Shown: piece after piece, positions 40,125-55,600 of the stretch
Layout: each line of letters opens with the position of its first letter
How positions within the stretch are numbered: position 1 is the stretch's first letter
Assembly: GCF_033153115.1 (NCBI RefSeq)
Contig: NW_026889774.1
Coordinates: 12,710,001-12,774,000 of the forward strand
DNA: 64,000 nucleotides
DNA from: Saccostrea echinata
Taxonomy: Eukaryota
Direction: 5' to 3'
The notes under the pieces: generated by a model
The model's database searches: none
What the model was told of the DNA's origin: nothing
What the model saw: the letters and a program-made list of their open reading frames with translations, nothing else
Position numbers and translations under genes: made by a program

Positions 40125-40237
40125 AGACTTGTGTTAAGAGATGCCAATCAAACGCCATTTTCCATGAATCAGATTTGGTTTTGTTTCAGAACACACGTGC
40201 CTTTTGTTACATTGCCAACCGTCGTCTGACGTCATCT

Positions 40238-43200
40238 CTAGTCCCGATTTTTATTACGCATGCTCTCCAATTCCTCTATGCTTTCTCTAAGTCGTCCCAT
40301 CATTTCTTCTGTCTCCAGTATCTATAATTTATTATCAAATATTTATTATAATCAACTACAAATTAGGTTTAAAGCATAACCTAGAAATTGTTGAAGCTGA
40401 AATTTGCATTTTGAAGATAAAATTTGTATGTGATATGAAGTTCTATGTTTTGAAGTTTTTCAATCTGTGATATACATGTAGATACATGAATTTTAATTTT
40501 TACTTCAGGATGAGATTATGAAAAACAAAACTGTGGATATTAACAGATATTCTTACAACAAACTAACGTAGATATAATTTTATCTGTTGGGTATTTATAC
40601 TGTGTTTTACCTCTGTCTGAAGTTTCTGTTTTTTTTGTGACGTCATCTTGGACGCTTTTTCTGACGATTTTATCAGTTGATCCATCTTTTTCCCGAGCTT
40701 CCCAAGTTTTTGATTTATTTTCTCGATCTCCATGTCGACATCAATCACACCCTGTTATGAAATTTAATAAAATGGTTACAAAAAAATCAGTACCATTTTT
40801 ATTACAAACATATACGGCGCCGCTGAAGGACCAGATAAAATTTAAAAAAAAAAAACAACTTTACTTTGTCGTACGTACGAGGTACTAAATCATACGTACG
40901 AGATACTGAGTCGCACGTACAACAAACTAAGTCGTACGACTTAGTATATCGTACGTACGTCATCGTATCTCGTACGAACGACACGGCAAAAACATTTTTC
41001 ATTTGGCACTAGCACGCTTCCGTAAACTTAAGGTCCATTATAAGCAACGTGCATGTACAAATAGCTTACTATGTACATTACCAACTGATAATTTTTCAAG
41101 ATATTCTTGATTTAAAATCAGACAGCCACGTGGTATTCTTAAACAAAAAATCAGCATACATTACCAGGGGTTTTGAACAGATATCAAATGATAAAAATTT
41201 TGTTGGTTTTTAAAGAAAAATGGAGTTTTAGCTGGTATTTCCTCAAAATTTGATTTAGAATAGGTGTACAGCAACATCTAACATTCTGAAAGTTGTAAAA
41301 GATCTTTCAATTACTGGAACTCTTAAATTACACAAGGAATAAGTTAATTAAGTTCAAAACTACGTCCTTAATCTCACTTATATGATGCATTACCCCCCCC
41401 CCCCCAAAAAAAAAAAAAGCTGAATAAAAAAGAAAACAAGGGACCCGAGTAACTGAGCATATAATGAGTTCTTGATATCAACAGTACTACTGAAGCTAAC
41501 AAATATTTCGGTATGCTCCTGGATCTATTTGTCTTTCAATTAAGGAAATGAAAATAGAAATTTATATAATGAAGTCTCTATATGAGTGAAAAATTCGAAC
41601 GGGATTTAAAAACACACACCCTCACCAAGCATTTTGCAAAAAAACTGAATTATGGACACCAAATAATGCAGTAACAAAGCTTTAATAGTTCAAACTATTT
41701 AGCAAAACTCGATCTGTTTAAAGGAGACGCCTAGTATGTTCCGGGTGTCCGATATTCAGGTGTACTCAAACCTTTGCATTTACTTAACCAATATTTTGGC
41801 AATCAGTCTCTTTTGGGGGACCGATCTTTTGATTTATTAATAAAGACATTCAACAGATTCCGTGATAGAAAAATCATGAAGTTTATTCAACCTGGTCGAC
41901 TTTCCAAACAGATCGATTGTATCAATTGATTTAAAAAGACAAACTTTTTTTGGTTCCTTGCTGTTATCGCACTAACTGAAATGGTTTTCGGTAGATAAGA
42001 TGTTGAATTGACAAAAAATATTAAAAGCTATTTGAATAGAAAGAGACTCGCTAATATTAGGTCCTACAGGACACTCACCATGAAAACGACGCAATCAAAA
42101 GAATTCTATCTGCTTAATATGGACGACTTTTGAACTAAATTTTGTTGTAGAAATTTTGAATGTGATATGCTATCATTACCCGTTGAGAAATAATTGATAT
42201 GAATAAGATTGTATACTAAAAGTGAGCCAAAGTATTCAAAACACAATCCTCAGAGTTTATTTAAATTCTTAGTCATCTTTCTCTTTCTGGACTAAAATTG
42301 CACTTGAAGCTGCCAGTGGTGAACAAATGAGACACAAGGCGGCTATGGTCGACTCTCTGCGTTGCCATCTTTACATGTATCAAGTCATGTTTGGTCAACT
42401 AGATGTGCTCAAGTGCCTGGTGATATATCAATACTCATAATGTCACCAGAAACACCCAACAACTCATGTTTGGAGCGGGGAGTTTGTCTTTAGTCTGAAG
42501 ATCTTCTATTTCAAAGATTTTTTTTTCAAAAGAGAAAGGAGTTATTCAAGTAGTATTCTCTGTGACATAATTCAAAGACCCCCCTGTCTCTGCAAGTTGT
42601 CCTTGATAGTTTAAAATAAGTTTTTCTTGCATTAAATTGATTAGAAGACATTAAAATATATCAAACAATTGTTTGACAGTCTCCACAATGGCCCTTCTAA
42701 AAAATAGGCCGCAGATATATTTTATAAGCAGCGAATAAGTAGAATAACGAAGAACTTAATGCTTGAATCATTTAGGAAAGAGGGAGAGCATGTATTAATT
42801 TGGAAAATACATAAGTCGAAAATTATTGCAGAGCATCAGTTCTTCCTTGAATAGTTCACAAGAAAGAGATAAAACGTAAAAAGTACCCATTATCACGACA
42901 TGGGAGTCTGCAAATTCTGTCTTTAATCAAAAAGATTTCTTCTTCTGAGGTTCCATAAAACACAAGAACTGACTTCAAAAGACTTGGGTGAGTCAGTCTG
43001 GTCACTTAAAGACACAAGCCAAATGCCTGTGAAATAGGATATCATTCCTAAGAGCTCAGTACAACAGTCATTCCACATGTGTGCTTTGGTTGCTGCAATA
43101 TTACTAATGCGGGTTATCGGCACGGTAAGAAAACTAAATATAACTAGAGATTAGGCCATTTGTTCAGTGGTTCCTGCATTGATTGCCCTTGTCAACTCGA

Positions 43201-46200
43201 GCTCGATGACAGAGCGACACTGGAATGTTGTTGGCCCTCGATCAACGACACCGCCCTTGAACGCCGACTACTTTCATCTGATGTTAACATGGTCTATGAT
43301 AAAAAGCGGAGTTTAAAAGGGCTAAAGAACAAGCGAACTGACAAAAATAGATCAGATTTGTTTGAAGGAATTAGAAAATAAATCCTAGAAGATTCATTTT
43401 TTGTTAAAGTGAATTAAGAAAGTGACAATGAAGCCGTGTACCGTTTCTATACATAGTTTCTACATGAATAAAAGCTATTATATAACACGATCAGGTATTG
43501 TCTGATAATGTTAAAAAATGCATCTAAAAATCACATTTTTAAATGCATTTTTTAACAAAAGACACAGACACCTTTGTACAATGCTAAGTTTTAATACAGA
43601 AATATTTTTTAACTTTTGCAACAAATCCCTCAAATCCAATACGAAATTGTGTGCTGTACATAACGATTTTAATCCTGTGGAAATTTAAAACATGCCACTT
43701 CACAAGTGTGAAACAGAATGAAGATTTCCAATAAGATAAGACCTCGTGAAAATCTTTCTCCAGTTTTTATATCACATAATAACTTGCTATCATGGAGTTT
43801 TGTGTTTTTATATCACATAATAACTTGCTATCATGGAGTTTTGTCTATTTGCACAGACTGCCAATAAATACAAAAAAAGAGTACCAAAGAAAATTGCTCA
43901 CCCCCTGGCCTAAATGACGACATCAATCAATCTTCAGCAAGAGGCGCTATTTGAAATTAGGCCCAAGATTCATTAACTGTCTACGTAGTATTTAAATAAA
44001 GACCGTCAACCCCCCTTTTCTCACTGTTGAGTAATAGTGTTGCCCCCTTAAGCTGACATTATTAGTAAATGATTGAAAGGTTAAAAAGCATGATTCCATT
44101 TAGAGAAATAATTGCCACGATCTGCCGACATATTTGTATGTTATACCTGGACTTTTGACTCCTCAGGTAACATAAGCTATAACGGTGTAGGAGATAGGAG
44201 AGTGACAAAGCATTTTATAGTATAATTCTTTTCCTAAAACGAAGAATACCTGGCACATTGTATTGAGGTATTTCAAGGATACCTTGCTCTTGATCAGTCC
44301 CTTTCTGCCAAATGTCGAAGAAGACTATAATAGCTTTGTAAGCCCTGACAGTTTTTTTTCCATACCTTATGTAGACCTTGCATATAATGAGCTGATTTTT
44401 GGTGTGTGAATCAAGTCTTCTTTGATGAGTTGCAAGTCAAGTTTACATTTTGCTTTGATGAATAACAGAATAACTGTCCTTGTGTTTAGAAAATCTAAGT
44501 TTATTTATAGGCTTATAGAGGCTTCTATACCATATATTGGTTGTTCCTGTTCAAGTTCGCATTTCCTTAAGGCCACTTGCTACAAACATTTTTTTTTAAA
44601 TCATAGATACTAGGTAAAAGTTTATACAAGTAAAATGAATGGTTAATTGTGCAGATTAATTTTTATTCAACATTTCTCAGTAGTGCCCTATAAAGTATAA
44701 AGTGATAAACATTTGCATTGATTTAAAAGGGGAATAGTAAAAAGTAAGAATTTTGAACATTGTAAAAAATTTACAATTTCCTAATATTTTAGGAATTTAA
44801 TATTTGCATCATTTACAACCAAAATACATTGAATACACACAAACACACACATGCACGCCCTCACACACATTTTTGAATATTTTTGAATTGTTGCAAAAAA
44901 ATCCCTTTACAGTACAAGATTGTGGACAATACATAACATTTTTAATCCTGTGGAATTTCAAAAATGTGCTACTTTGCAAGAAATCTCTTTAACAGTTGAA
45001 CTAGAATGAAGATTTCTAATTTTGACTTTAAGATAAGACCTGGTGTAAACCTTTCTCTGATTCTCATATCTCATAATGACTTGCTATGATTGAGGTTTGT
45101 GTATTTGCACAGACTGCACTATTGACCAAATAAACACAACTTAATATATGTATTTTTTGCTTTTATATATGTCCATTAATAAGGGGATCTAGACAGCACA
45201 TACCAGTATTGTATGTGCAATACTCTCAGAATGCATTTTATGTCATCCCAGATGATGAGACAATGGTAATTTTCTGAAAATTTAACTTTTTTTTTCAAAA
45301 TTTTAAAATAATAGTTCCTTATCATGCTATCAACTGTAATATTGCACTCTTGAGGGTCAGTTCAGGGTGACTTAAGCTGTTACATGTACTTGCAATAGCA
45401 ACAATAGCGAAATTTCTAGTTAGTTTTCTTTTAAAGGATGCTTAAATTCAAGAATGACCTTTTAATCTTTACATACTTCATGAATTCAAATGATTGTGCT
45501 GTTACTATTTTCCATCAAGATAGGGCACTTTCAAATGATGAATAAAAACCATGGGCTAAAATGTCTACTAGAGATTTTGAAGAGACATAACTGTTTTATG
45601 TCCCTTTATAAACAAGAGAGATCAATAGCACTAGACTGATAAAAAACAAGTTTATTGTCTAGTTTGTTTGAAGTTCACAGAAATGAATTTTCTTAACATA
45701 TAATGGCACTAGAGTAAAGGTAATCCATATAGACAATAAAACTCTCTATGCAACATACTTTCAAAATGACATAAACTGTAGCATTATATTCAAACTCAAA
45801 TGAAAACAGATGTACTAAATTCTTTGGAGAAAATGTTGGAGAATTTAGTTTCATGAAGAATAAAAATACTATGTATCAATATCAAGAGGCCCATAAGCCA
45901 CAATGCTAACCAGAGTAATTTTTCTCTCTGCACATAGATGAAACCAGTAATGGTAGCCACAAAATGCAACAAATTTAATTTATGGGATATTATCCGATGT
46001 TAGAGAAAGTTCTCCTGTAACAACCTGAGGACTTTATCTTAAAAGTAGGTCATTATTTGTTAAAAACTTGATTTTATTTCAAAATATCAACTCTCTACCT
46101 ACTGGGCTACCTTTGTATTGTGAGATAAAATGCAAGGACTTGGTCAAGGAAATTTCCAGGCTAAATGCTGATTTAGAAAAGTATTCAAGGTCATAGGAAA

Positions 46201-49200
46201 TGGCAAGGTCAAACACAGCTATATAGCAAAAAATTTTGAATAGTTTTTTCTGACCATAATAGTAACTGGGGCTTAGGACAGAAAATCAAAAAGATGTAGG
46301 AAAATCATGGCCAACCCCAAATCTGTACAATATAGGGCATAATAAAAAATAACATTTACCTTTAAAATGATACCAATCTCTGTTTTATTGTCCAGGTGAT
46401 AAACAGTGCATTCTACCGGAATTTCCTCTGTGATAACCTCTACAGATTTACATCGTGTCATTATCTGTAAAGCTTCAAGCACATTGGGTGTGTGTAGATG
46501 GCTCTCTTGAGGCACTCTGACATAAACTGAAATGGAAATATTTTTTCAATTAAGCAAATGTAGGCTTACTGATTTCCACAATACTTGTTTTATGTTTGAA
46601 TTTTACATCAATGATCCCAATCATTGCACAAAAAAAGGGTTCCTTCAGCAAATTGAATACAGGTAATTTGAAATACATTAATTAAGTTTACAGATTCCAT
46701 TACAATTACTTAAATTAATTGCTAGTTCAAGAATAAAATGTTAAAGACTCCTTTGGGACATTGGAATTAACAAGTATACTTTAGTCAGTAATGTAACCTA
46801 TATTCTCCCATTATCAACTGTGTTTCATTACACCCGTACAGTTGTTCTTTTTTGTGTTCATAATGTGTTATGAAACACCTGGGACAATTCTAATTGGCTG
46901 CTTATACCTACAATGATTCTAATTGGCTGCTTTTTCCAGGGTCTACTCTCTAAGTTCATGCCTATGATGGCATAAAATGCAGGTTACAGAGTATGTTTGT
47001 ATCTATATGATTAATTTATTCTTTGAACTTTTTCCTTGTATACCAGTAAATACTAACAGAATAGGCAATTTTTTCAGCACAATGTTTAATTCACCAAAAC
47101 ACAAATCCATGTTTGTATAATGGGAGAAACAGGTGACAAAACCAGTGCTTATTAGAAACCGGTTTTCTCAAAGTTCCCTTTTTTTAATTCAGCAAGCCTT
47201 GTGTCTCTTGAAAATTAAAAAATTTAAAGAACTCAAGTTTGAGACAAACATGTTACTAACTCACACTGGATATGGAACCTATATTTCTGTAACCTAGCTG
47301 CTCTTAAATAAGTAGGGTGATAGACGATACAGATTAGGGTTTGTCTCAAAATTGACTTCCAAGCAATCAATATAACAGAGTATTCAGCCTGGAAGCAAAG
47401 AATTACTGAAATCTGTTGAAGTAATACATCATGAAAACATTATTTGTTTGCTTTGCTGTGACAAAAAAGAACACAAATCACTGTTTTATATGGCAGAATC
47501 TTTTTCCCCTTCAAGCTGACCATTTTATTAGAACCCCACATGACCTTTTTGTAGTTATGTGAGAACTCATACAGTTTTCAATTTAAAATTTTTAAAATCA
47601 TATACAGAAGTACATGTACTTTAATTCTTTAAAAACTGTAAGTGGAAGACATCTATAGAATTTGAGGTCATACCACTTTGTCGATTGTTTTCATGGTATG
47701 AATAGGCCAATGAATTCATATCCTCCAATAAATGTTAAAATTTCATACCACAGTAAAATGGTTCTCCATTAACCAAGAAATCAAATCCCCTCAAACCAGT
47801 AATTTTTCCTCAAACCACGAAAATATGACCCCTCAAAATAAGTGAATTTACAGTAACTATTGTCACTATTGTTGTGACAGAATAACTCAGTTTTCAGCAT
47901 AACATTTTAAATTTTTCTAATCAGAGGAAGACATCTACTGATTTTGGGGTCATATCACTTTGTTTCTCTGCATATATGTACGAGGGGTTATCAAAAAGTT
48001 TGTGGACTAGCGCCATGAAATTGAAAGCGCTTTAGGTACATCAATGAATTTAGGACATTTAGTTAGCATCATCTTTTCTATCTATGGAATAAACCATAAA
48101 TCAAAAGTTTTATTTTTCAATACATTGTTAATATTTTTGTAAGCAATAGTATGTTCAGGCGGCGCAACCTCAAATATGACGTTTTTTTCTACCTGAGTGT
48201 AACTGAGAAAACTCTTTTGATATGAGCATTTGACATCAAAAAATCTCGTTATTTCAGGCATGTAGTATAACACAATTGTTCTGTATAATTTGCAATTTTT
48301 ACCCCATTCTGTAAGTTCTATGAAATTTTATCGTAAATTTTATACGTCCAAACAATTAAGGGCTTGAAAATGACATCAAAAAAAGGGGGGGGGGGTCTTT
48401 TTCCAATGTTTTATAAAGTTTCGCACCTGGAAAAACTGGTATACAGTCTGGTACCATGTCAGAGAGATGAACGATGCACAGTTAGTGTTGATATGTAGTC
48501 AGGGTGTCAAAAGTCAGTCAAGTCTAAAAGTGACGTTGATCATATGGGGTAGAAATTGAACTCCAACAAGCTAAGTATACTGGCATAATCAAGTGAAGAT
48601 CTTTCCCTATGTATAGATCCATTTTCAAAACAAGAGGCCCAGGGGCCACATCACTCACCTGAGTACTCTGGCTAGGAAAAAGCAGAACTCCGTTCAGTCT
48701 TGAATAGTTTAAATATAAAAGTGGTTGGGGGGTGATTTGAACTAACTTGAATCTATACTTCATAGGGATGCTTTTGAATTAATATGACAAATAATGGCTT
48801 TGCTGTTCTTAAGAAGAAAATATTTATTGATATATCCTTTGAATTCCTTTGTATAACTATGATCCCCTGTTATGACCCCTCTATTCTCCTGGAGGTCATG
48901 ATTTGAACAAATTTTTAATATACATTACCTGAAGATGCTTCCATTTAAATATGATCAATCATGGCTTTGCTGTTCTTGAGAAGAAGATTTTTGAAGATTT
49001 TTCCTATGTATTCCTATGTAAATCTTTGATCGCCCATTGTGGCCACACCCTACCCCTCGGGGTCATGATTTAACAAACTTGAATTTAAACTACCTGAGGA
49101 TGCTTCCATATAGATATGACCAATCATGGCTTTGCTGAGAAGAAGATTTTTAAAGATTTTTCCTATATAATCCTTCATAAAACTTTGATCGCCCATTGTG

Positions 49201-49534
49201 GCCCCACCCTAACCCAGGGGGTCATAATTTGAACAAATTTGAATCTATACTAGTTGAGGATGCTTCCATATAAATATGACTAATCATGGCTTTGCTGTTC
49301 TTGAGAAGATTTTTAAAGATTTTTCCCATATATTCCTTTGTAAAACTTTGATCGCCCATTGTGGCGCCACCCTAACCCTGGGGGTCAAGATTTGAACAAA
49401 CCTGAATCTACACTACCTCAGGATGCTTCCATATAAGTTTCACATTTTCAAGCACAGTGGTTCCTGAGAAGAAGATTTTTAAACGATGGCATTAATTTTT
49501 CACAAATTCATAATTATCTCCACTTGGTAAAAGG

Positions 49535-49580
<46 letters not shown>

Positions 49581-49589
49581 ACTTTGTGG

Positions 49590-49620
<31 letters not shown>

Positions 49621-52600
49621 TGAGAAGGAGATGAAAATGTGAAAAGTTTAAAACAACAACAGCAGACAACAGACAAATTTCGATCTGAAAAGCTTCAGCT
49701 CAGGTGAGCTAATTTTTATGCATTGAAAGCAGCTGTTCATGACATTGTAAAGTCATATAAACAAGAACGGCTCAAGTCCTTACTTAACTCCAGGTAATCT
49801 CATCAAGATACATGTAAGTGTATGAGGTAGAGAGAGCAGACATTGAGGTTGTCGGAAACAGCTCTTAGTGGGGCACTCTCTGAATGTTTTAGTTTTCAAT
49901 TCTCTTACAGAAAATTAGCTGCTGATTTCCCAGCATTTGTTATCCAAATCATTTTTTATAGGCTTACGAAAATAAATAATTTTTTATTTTTTACCAGTTG
50001 ACTTTAATCAAATAACCTGCAAACTTGCTTGGGCCCAATAGCTTTGCAAGTTTGTTTAACTATATAATTCATGTATTATGCTAGTCTATACCTGGAACAT
50101 TTTTATCTTTAAACTTAAGAATCATGATTGTAAACTCATTTCATGATATAATTCCCATTTCAAATTGATTACAGAGTCCTGTGATTAAAACATTCTTTTA
50201 GACTAAGAGTGCTACATGTAAACATCACTGTACATGCCTTTCTACATTTGAAATTGTTTTCCTTGAATAATTCAAGTGCAAAGATGCCATAAAAAATTGT
50301 GTGAAGGGAAGGGGTGCTAACATTTAAAAACAAAACAAAACACTAAATCGCAAAAGAAATACAAATAAAAATTAATTGGGGGGGGGGGGAGGGGAGGGGG
50401 GGGGGGGGTATGGGGTATTTTAAAGAGTAAATCACAAAAGAAATACAAATAAAAAATTAATCATTGTGGGGGGGGGGGGGGGGGGGGGAGAGAGGTTAGT
50501 TTTGTTTAGCTATCCAATGGTTATTTTGAAACTGACCAGCTGGACACAAACAAACACTGACCTTTCAGCTGTTTGCTCTTGATACTATATCTGGTGGCCA
50601 CAGAGAGAACATGTGTCGCTATAGCTCTAACTCTCTCTACCAGGCTTTCCAACTCTGTATCTCGGTATGGAACCTAAATGGAATACCGGGGTATTGACAC
50701 AATATTGGCAATTTGGCATTTAGTGAAACCTATTCTTGATTTTCCATCCTTTATTTAACCATCTTTGATTTTGTATTTCAGTGGTCAGACAAAACCAATC
50801 TGTTTTAATTTTAATAAACACTTAATGTTGTATTCATAATAATATTAAAATCATTGCTATTGACCAATCAAAATACTTTAATGGCCTATAAATAATACCG
50901 AATATATTTTCTAACTAAATCTTACATCAGCAGGATCTGGGTACTTGGCCACACATACACTGACTGCCTTGTCTACAATGGGCAGTCTCTGGTAGAGCTC
51001 CTCAGATAAGTATGGCATGAAGGGACTCAACCCTCGTATAAACACATCAACACACACACACAGGATCTGTTTAGTGGCTTCCTTCCTATTAGAATTTTCA
51101 CCATTCAAAATGGACTTGGAATATTCCTAAAAGTCAGAGAGTAGAATTTATTCTCAAATTTTCATGAAATTGGATATAACTTAAGACACATGTGCATTAG
51201 ATGCATGCTGCTAGCAGCTAGCTTAAAACACATAAAATATCCAACTAAAAGAAGACATAGCATTCATGGATATAGTATGCTTTCAGTTGATAATAAAAGT
51301 AGTTTTTGCATATTTTTCAGTTTTTGTTAAGGTGAAAGAAATAAGTATGTATTAACTAGGTGACTGCTTTCTATGTACCTATTCCAGGACTTGTGGGCTG
51401 TTCAGTAAGACCAAGGGAGATTGTCCCACATTTTGACCATTTTCAACTTTGTAAAATTAAGTTAAGAATACCCACTGTCATAACCAGATAAAAGACCCTG
51501 TCCCTTTTACAACCAAATGGAGTTACTGTGTATTAGCAACATTTTGTCCACTGTGAGTTCCATATCAAGATATGGCCAATTCTGTGGTCTGGTAAAAAGC
51601 TCATTTCAAACAATGCCAATCTTATTTCAAATATTAAACCATTTGCATTCCACTTAAAGCAACACTGAAACACTATACATACCAGATACACATCACAGAA
51701 ATCAGACAGCCAGAAATTCTGTAATGCCTTAGTGCAGAACTGTAAGTCATAGGACTGAAATCCTTCATGACAGATTTCCACCATGTTAGACAGACGGCTC
51801 AGTATCCATTGGTCCATAAGATCACCAGACTGTCCTATAGGTGTGTTATATTGTACGGCAGAGTCTGCGTAGCTTGTGACAAATTTAAAGCTATTCCAGA
51901 TTTTGTTACAGAATCGTGTTCTGGCCTGGACATGATCAACATTCATTGGAATCTCATCATCTATAATTACAGAATCACTAACAAAGTTACTGCATTATTT
52001 GTATGTATGAACAAATGATCACAAAGCAACAAATACTTATATAAAACTACAATTAACATAACACAGGACTGATACTGCTTGTAGGGAAACAATGAAAACA
52101 TGGTACAGTTCAAATACTGCATAGACAAAACATCAATAAATGCATCCTATCATCAAGTTTGCAGAGTCTATCACTTGTGATTAAAATTTTATTTCTACAG
52201 TAAGGCTATTATGACGTCATTTTTAAATCACGTCAGCTTATGCAGAGCAGATCCATATTTGACATAATTGTCTGTACATATTTCAGTGATTAACGTAATT
52301 TTCCTTTTTTTTCACTAAAAAATAGCATACGTACCTATGTTTGGCCACCGACATGTGGCATGTGACTTAATTTTGCCATTACGCATGCGTCAAAATTTAA
52401 TTCAAATTAGCTTCGCTTAGCTTCACACATAGCTAATGCAAAGTAATTTAATGAGCAGTAAATTAATTCAAATTAAACCAACTCGCATTAAATTCCCCGT
52501 GTGAATGCGGTTCAAATTTAATTCGCAGTAACTTACGTTTTATTCAAATTAAACTCTCCGTGTAAACAGGGCATTAAATGTGCTAATCTATGACTGTTCT

Positions 52601-55600
52601 AATAAGTTGAAGAAGACTGTGCTAAATTTTGAGTGTGCTAATTTATTGCTAAATTTTGAGTGTGCTAATTTATTCATGTTTACAGTCCTGTATTTCTCCT
52701 GGGTCACCATAGTGTAAGACAGACGCAGCATCAAATACAGGCACGAGACAAAAACAATCAAAAGAACACCTTCCGGAAGTTTGGTTTGTTAATCACTCAT
52801 GATAACTATCATGCCTAAATAGTCACTCTATCATTATATCTTTTTCAGATGCAGCCCTCAAATCTTGAACATTCATCCTGGTAGATTTAGCTAGAATGCA
52901 CCTAATTTACACTAGTTTTGATTCCATAAACATCATTGCATACATACAAAATGTATCTACATATATATCAAATTATCACTTGATACAATGTCTGTAAAGA
53001 CAAACCTTTGAAATCATAAGAACACAGCATATATCTGAGAGCATCTGTCCCACAGGCAGGGATTCCATTGGGGAAGTCTCTTCTCTGGCCCTCTTTGGCT
53101 GTCTGTACCTCCTGGGGGGACAAGTTACCATCTTCTACCTTCTTATGCAACTCCTAAAATGTTTGAGGCTGGCATTATAAAAATATAGTTTTAATGATAT
53201 AGAACTGGAACATGCTCGATTTCTGAATTATTTGATTACAATTAACAAATTTCAATCAACAACTCTATGTGTCAGAGAGAGACAGAGAATTATACAATAA
53301 AATCCCAACAAATAAAAGTCACTTTCTAAGCAATCTTTTTATGTCAGTCTAAAAAAAAACTATCTGTTTTTATATATTGAGACTGAATCTGTGGTACATG
53401 AATAGAGAGCACTCTGTTGTGCACTCTAAATAAAATTACATGAACTTACCTCAAGTGTAATACCAGAAATAACATCTATTGGATCAATGACATTACCAAG
53501 GGATTTACTCATTTTCCGACCATGAGCATCTCTCAACAGTCCATGGAGTAATATCTGTAAAAAGAGAAACAAATTTTCTTTGGATACAACACAATACAAC
53601 ATTTCAGTGATAAACAATATAAAAAAAAAATAACCTCTTATAATTAAGTGATATATTGATATGAACAGACCGTGGGAAAAGGCAGCTGATTGGTCAATTT
53701 TAGCCCCAGCATCACCATCCTGGCAACCCAGAAAAACAGAATGTCACTTCCTGTTTCCATGAGACTTATGGGATAGTATTTCTCCAAATCCTTCGTCTGT
53801 ATATTAAAAAACATTCACTTCAAACTGAGTATATCAATTTAATTATTAACAAACTTCAAAATTATTTCAGCTACAAATTGTATGTGTGTTGGAATTTATG
53901 TCCAGTACACATTATATTTAATAGTTCATAGAAATCTTCAAACATGAGTGCTACCTGTGGATGCAGTACATGGATATATACAAGTGAGGTACATGGTATA
54001 CAATGTACATGTATATGTGATAGTTCTTTCTATATATAATGAGTAAATACAATCAAACCTCACTATTTCAAACTTGATGGGACAGAGAAAAAACTTAGAG
54101 ATATTCAAGGATTTGAGATATTGAGTGATACATCAAGGAAAAGTGATTGGGACTTCCAAACTTCGACATATCCATGGTATTTGAATTACTGAAGTTCTAG
54201 ATATCACAGTTCAACTGTAACATCATGCAATAATTTACAATACAAAGAATTCAGGGCCCATTTTACAAAAGAACTTAAGACTAAGACCAAAACTTTCACT
54301 TGTTTTTAAAACTTGCAAAATTAATTATTATGTTATTGAAAATTATTTTCAAAATTGTATATTTTAGTCTTAGTCGTAAGTTTTTTTGTAAAATAGACTT
54401 CTGGTTATGAAAAAAAATATCAGCCATATTAACATTTATTTATCTTATCAGCCATATTAACATTTTTTTTATCTTGAAGTGACAAAGCAAACCTGATTTG
54501 GCCATCCGAGTGGTGAAAATGGAAACAAGGCAGAGGAAAACCATGTATCCAAGACGTCTTCATCTAGTAAAAAAAACGAAATTATTCTGTACATGTAAAC
54601 ATCACAAGAAAATCACACATGATTCAAGTAATTACTTCTGTTCGAAACATACTTTTGCAACCTGTGTGCAGGGAAAAGGAATTCCATAAATTTAAATGTC
54701 TACTTGTACCTTGGTTCATCACTATATTCTCCTCCCTAGTATTCAGTGTTTGTGCTGCTTTTGTCAATGCTTCTTGAGGTGTTTTAGCTACCACCCATAT
54801 ACTGCTCTCACAACCCTAAAGTGTTTAAACATGACACCTGTTAAATATTCATTAATTGACTTAAGAAATAATTTTCATATTTCTTTGCAATTCCAAATTT
54901 TTCAAAAAAACAGATGAGGTTTACGGAAAGTCAAATAGCTAGGATTGATTTCTAACCTCATTTTTATTGTACGCTTGATAGGCTGGTATTCTGTGTCCCC
55001 ACCATAGCTGTCTAGAAATACACCACTCTCTACAATCAAAAGTTCTCTGGTTACTGTACATATGTATATTTGTATAGTGAACCTGGTCCACAAATCTTAT
55101 TTTGTACTAAAAGGATTTTTTTTTAGCCAAGGTTATTGCTTTCAAATTTAACAAGAATTTCAAAGTGTATTTTCAAATCTAACAAAACAATCTGAAGGTG
55201 AAAATATTATGGATAAATTTATTCAAATTTTAATGACTTACAAGGGGTGAAAGTGTATTGAAGGAAAACAACAGCAAACAAAAACGAATTTATTTAGAAA
55301 CAGAAAAAGTGCAAACACCTGGTCACCAAATATACCAAGGGTAGTACAGTAATTTTATCTGTTACTGAGTTTCACAGTCACCTTGAAAACCACTTACTGT
55401 GAATCCTTGAGCCAATTAAACCAAACTTTTCCATGATATTCTGGAACAAAACTAAGCTTCTTAGATTTCACCACCTGTAATAAAAATATCAATGAAATTT
55501 CAGCATTTACATAAAAATCAAAATACACATGCACTTACATTGATAGCCATGTGAAAACTGTACCAGATACTTACTTTGATAACCATACGAAATCTGTACC

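Noticed and set aside
42250-43450. Coding-like intronic segment (ORFs 42923-43123 and 43160-43381), possible nested gene or pseudogene
   Set aside because: Stops in the frames examined, no recognisable domain and no convincing splice structure; a translated homology search is needed.
50377-50490. Poly-G tracts as functional G-quadruplexes
   Set aside because: G/C homopolymers are scattered throughout the window, mostly in MITE relics, with no specific context.
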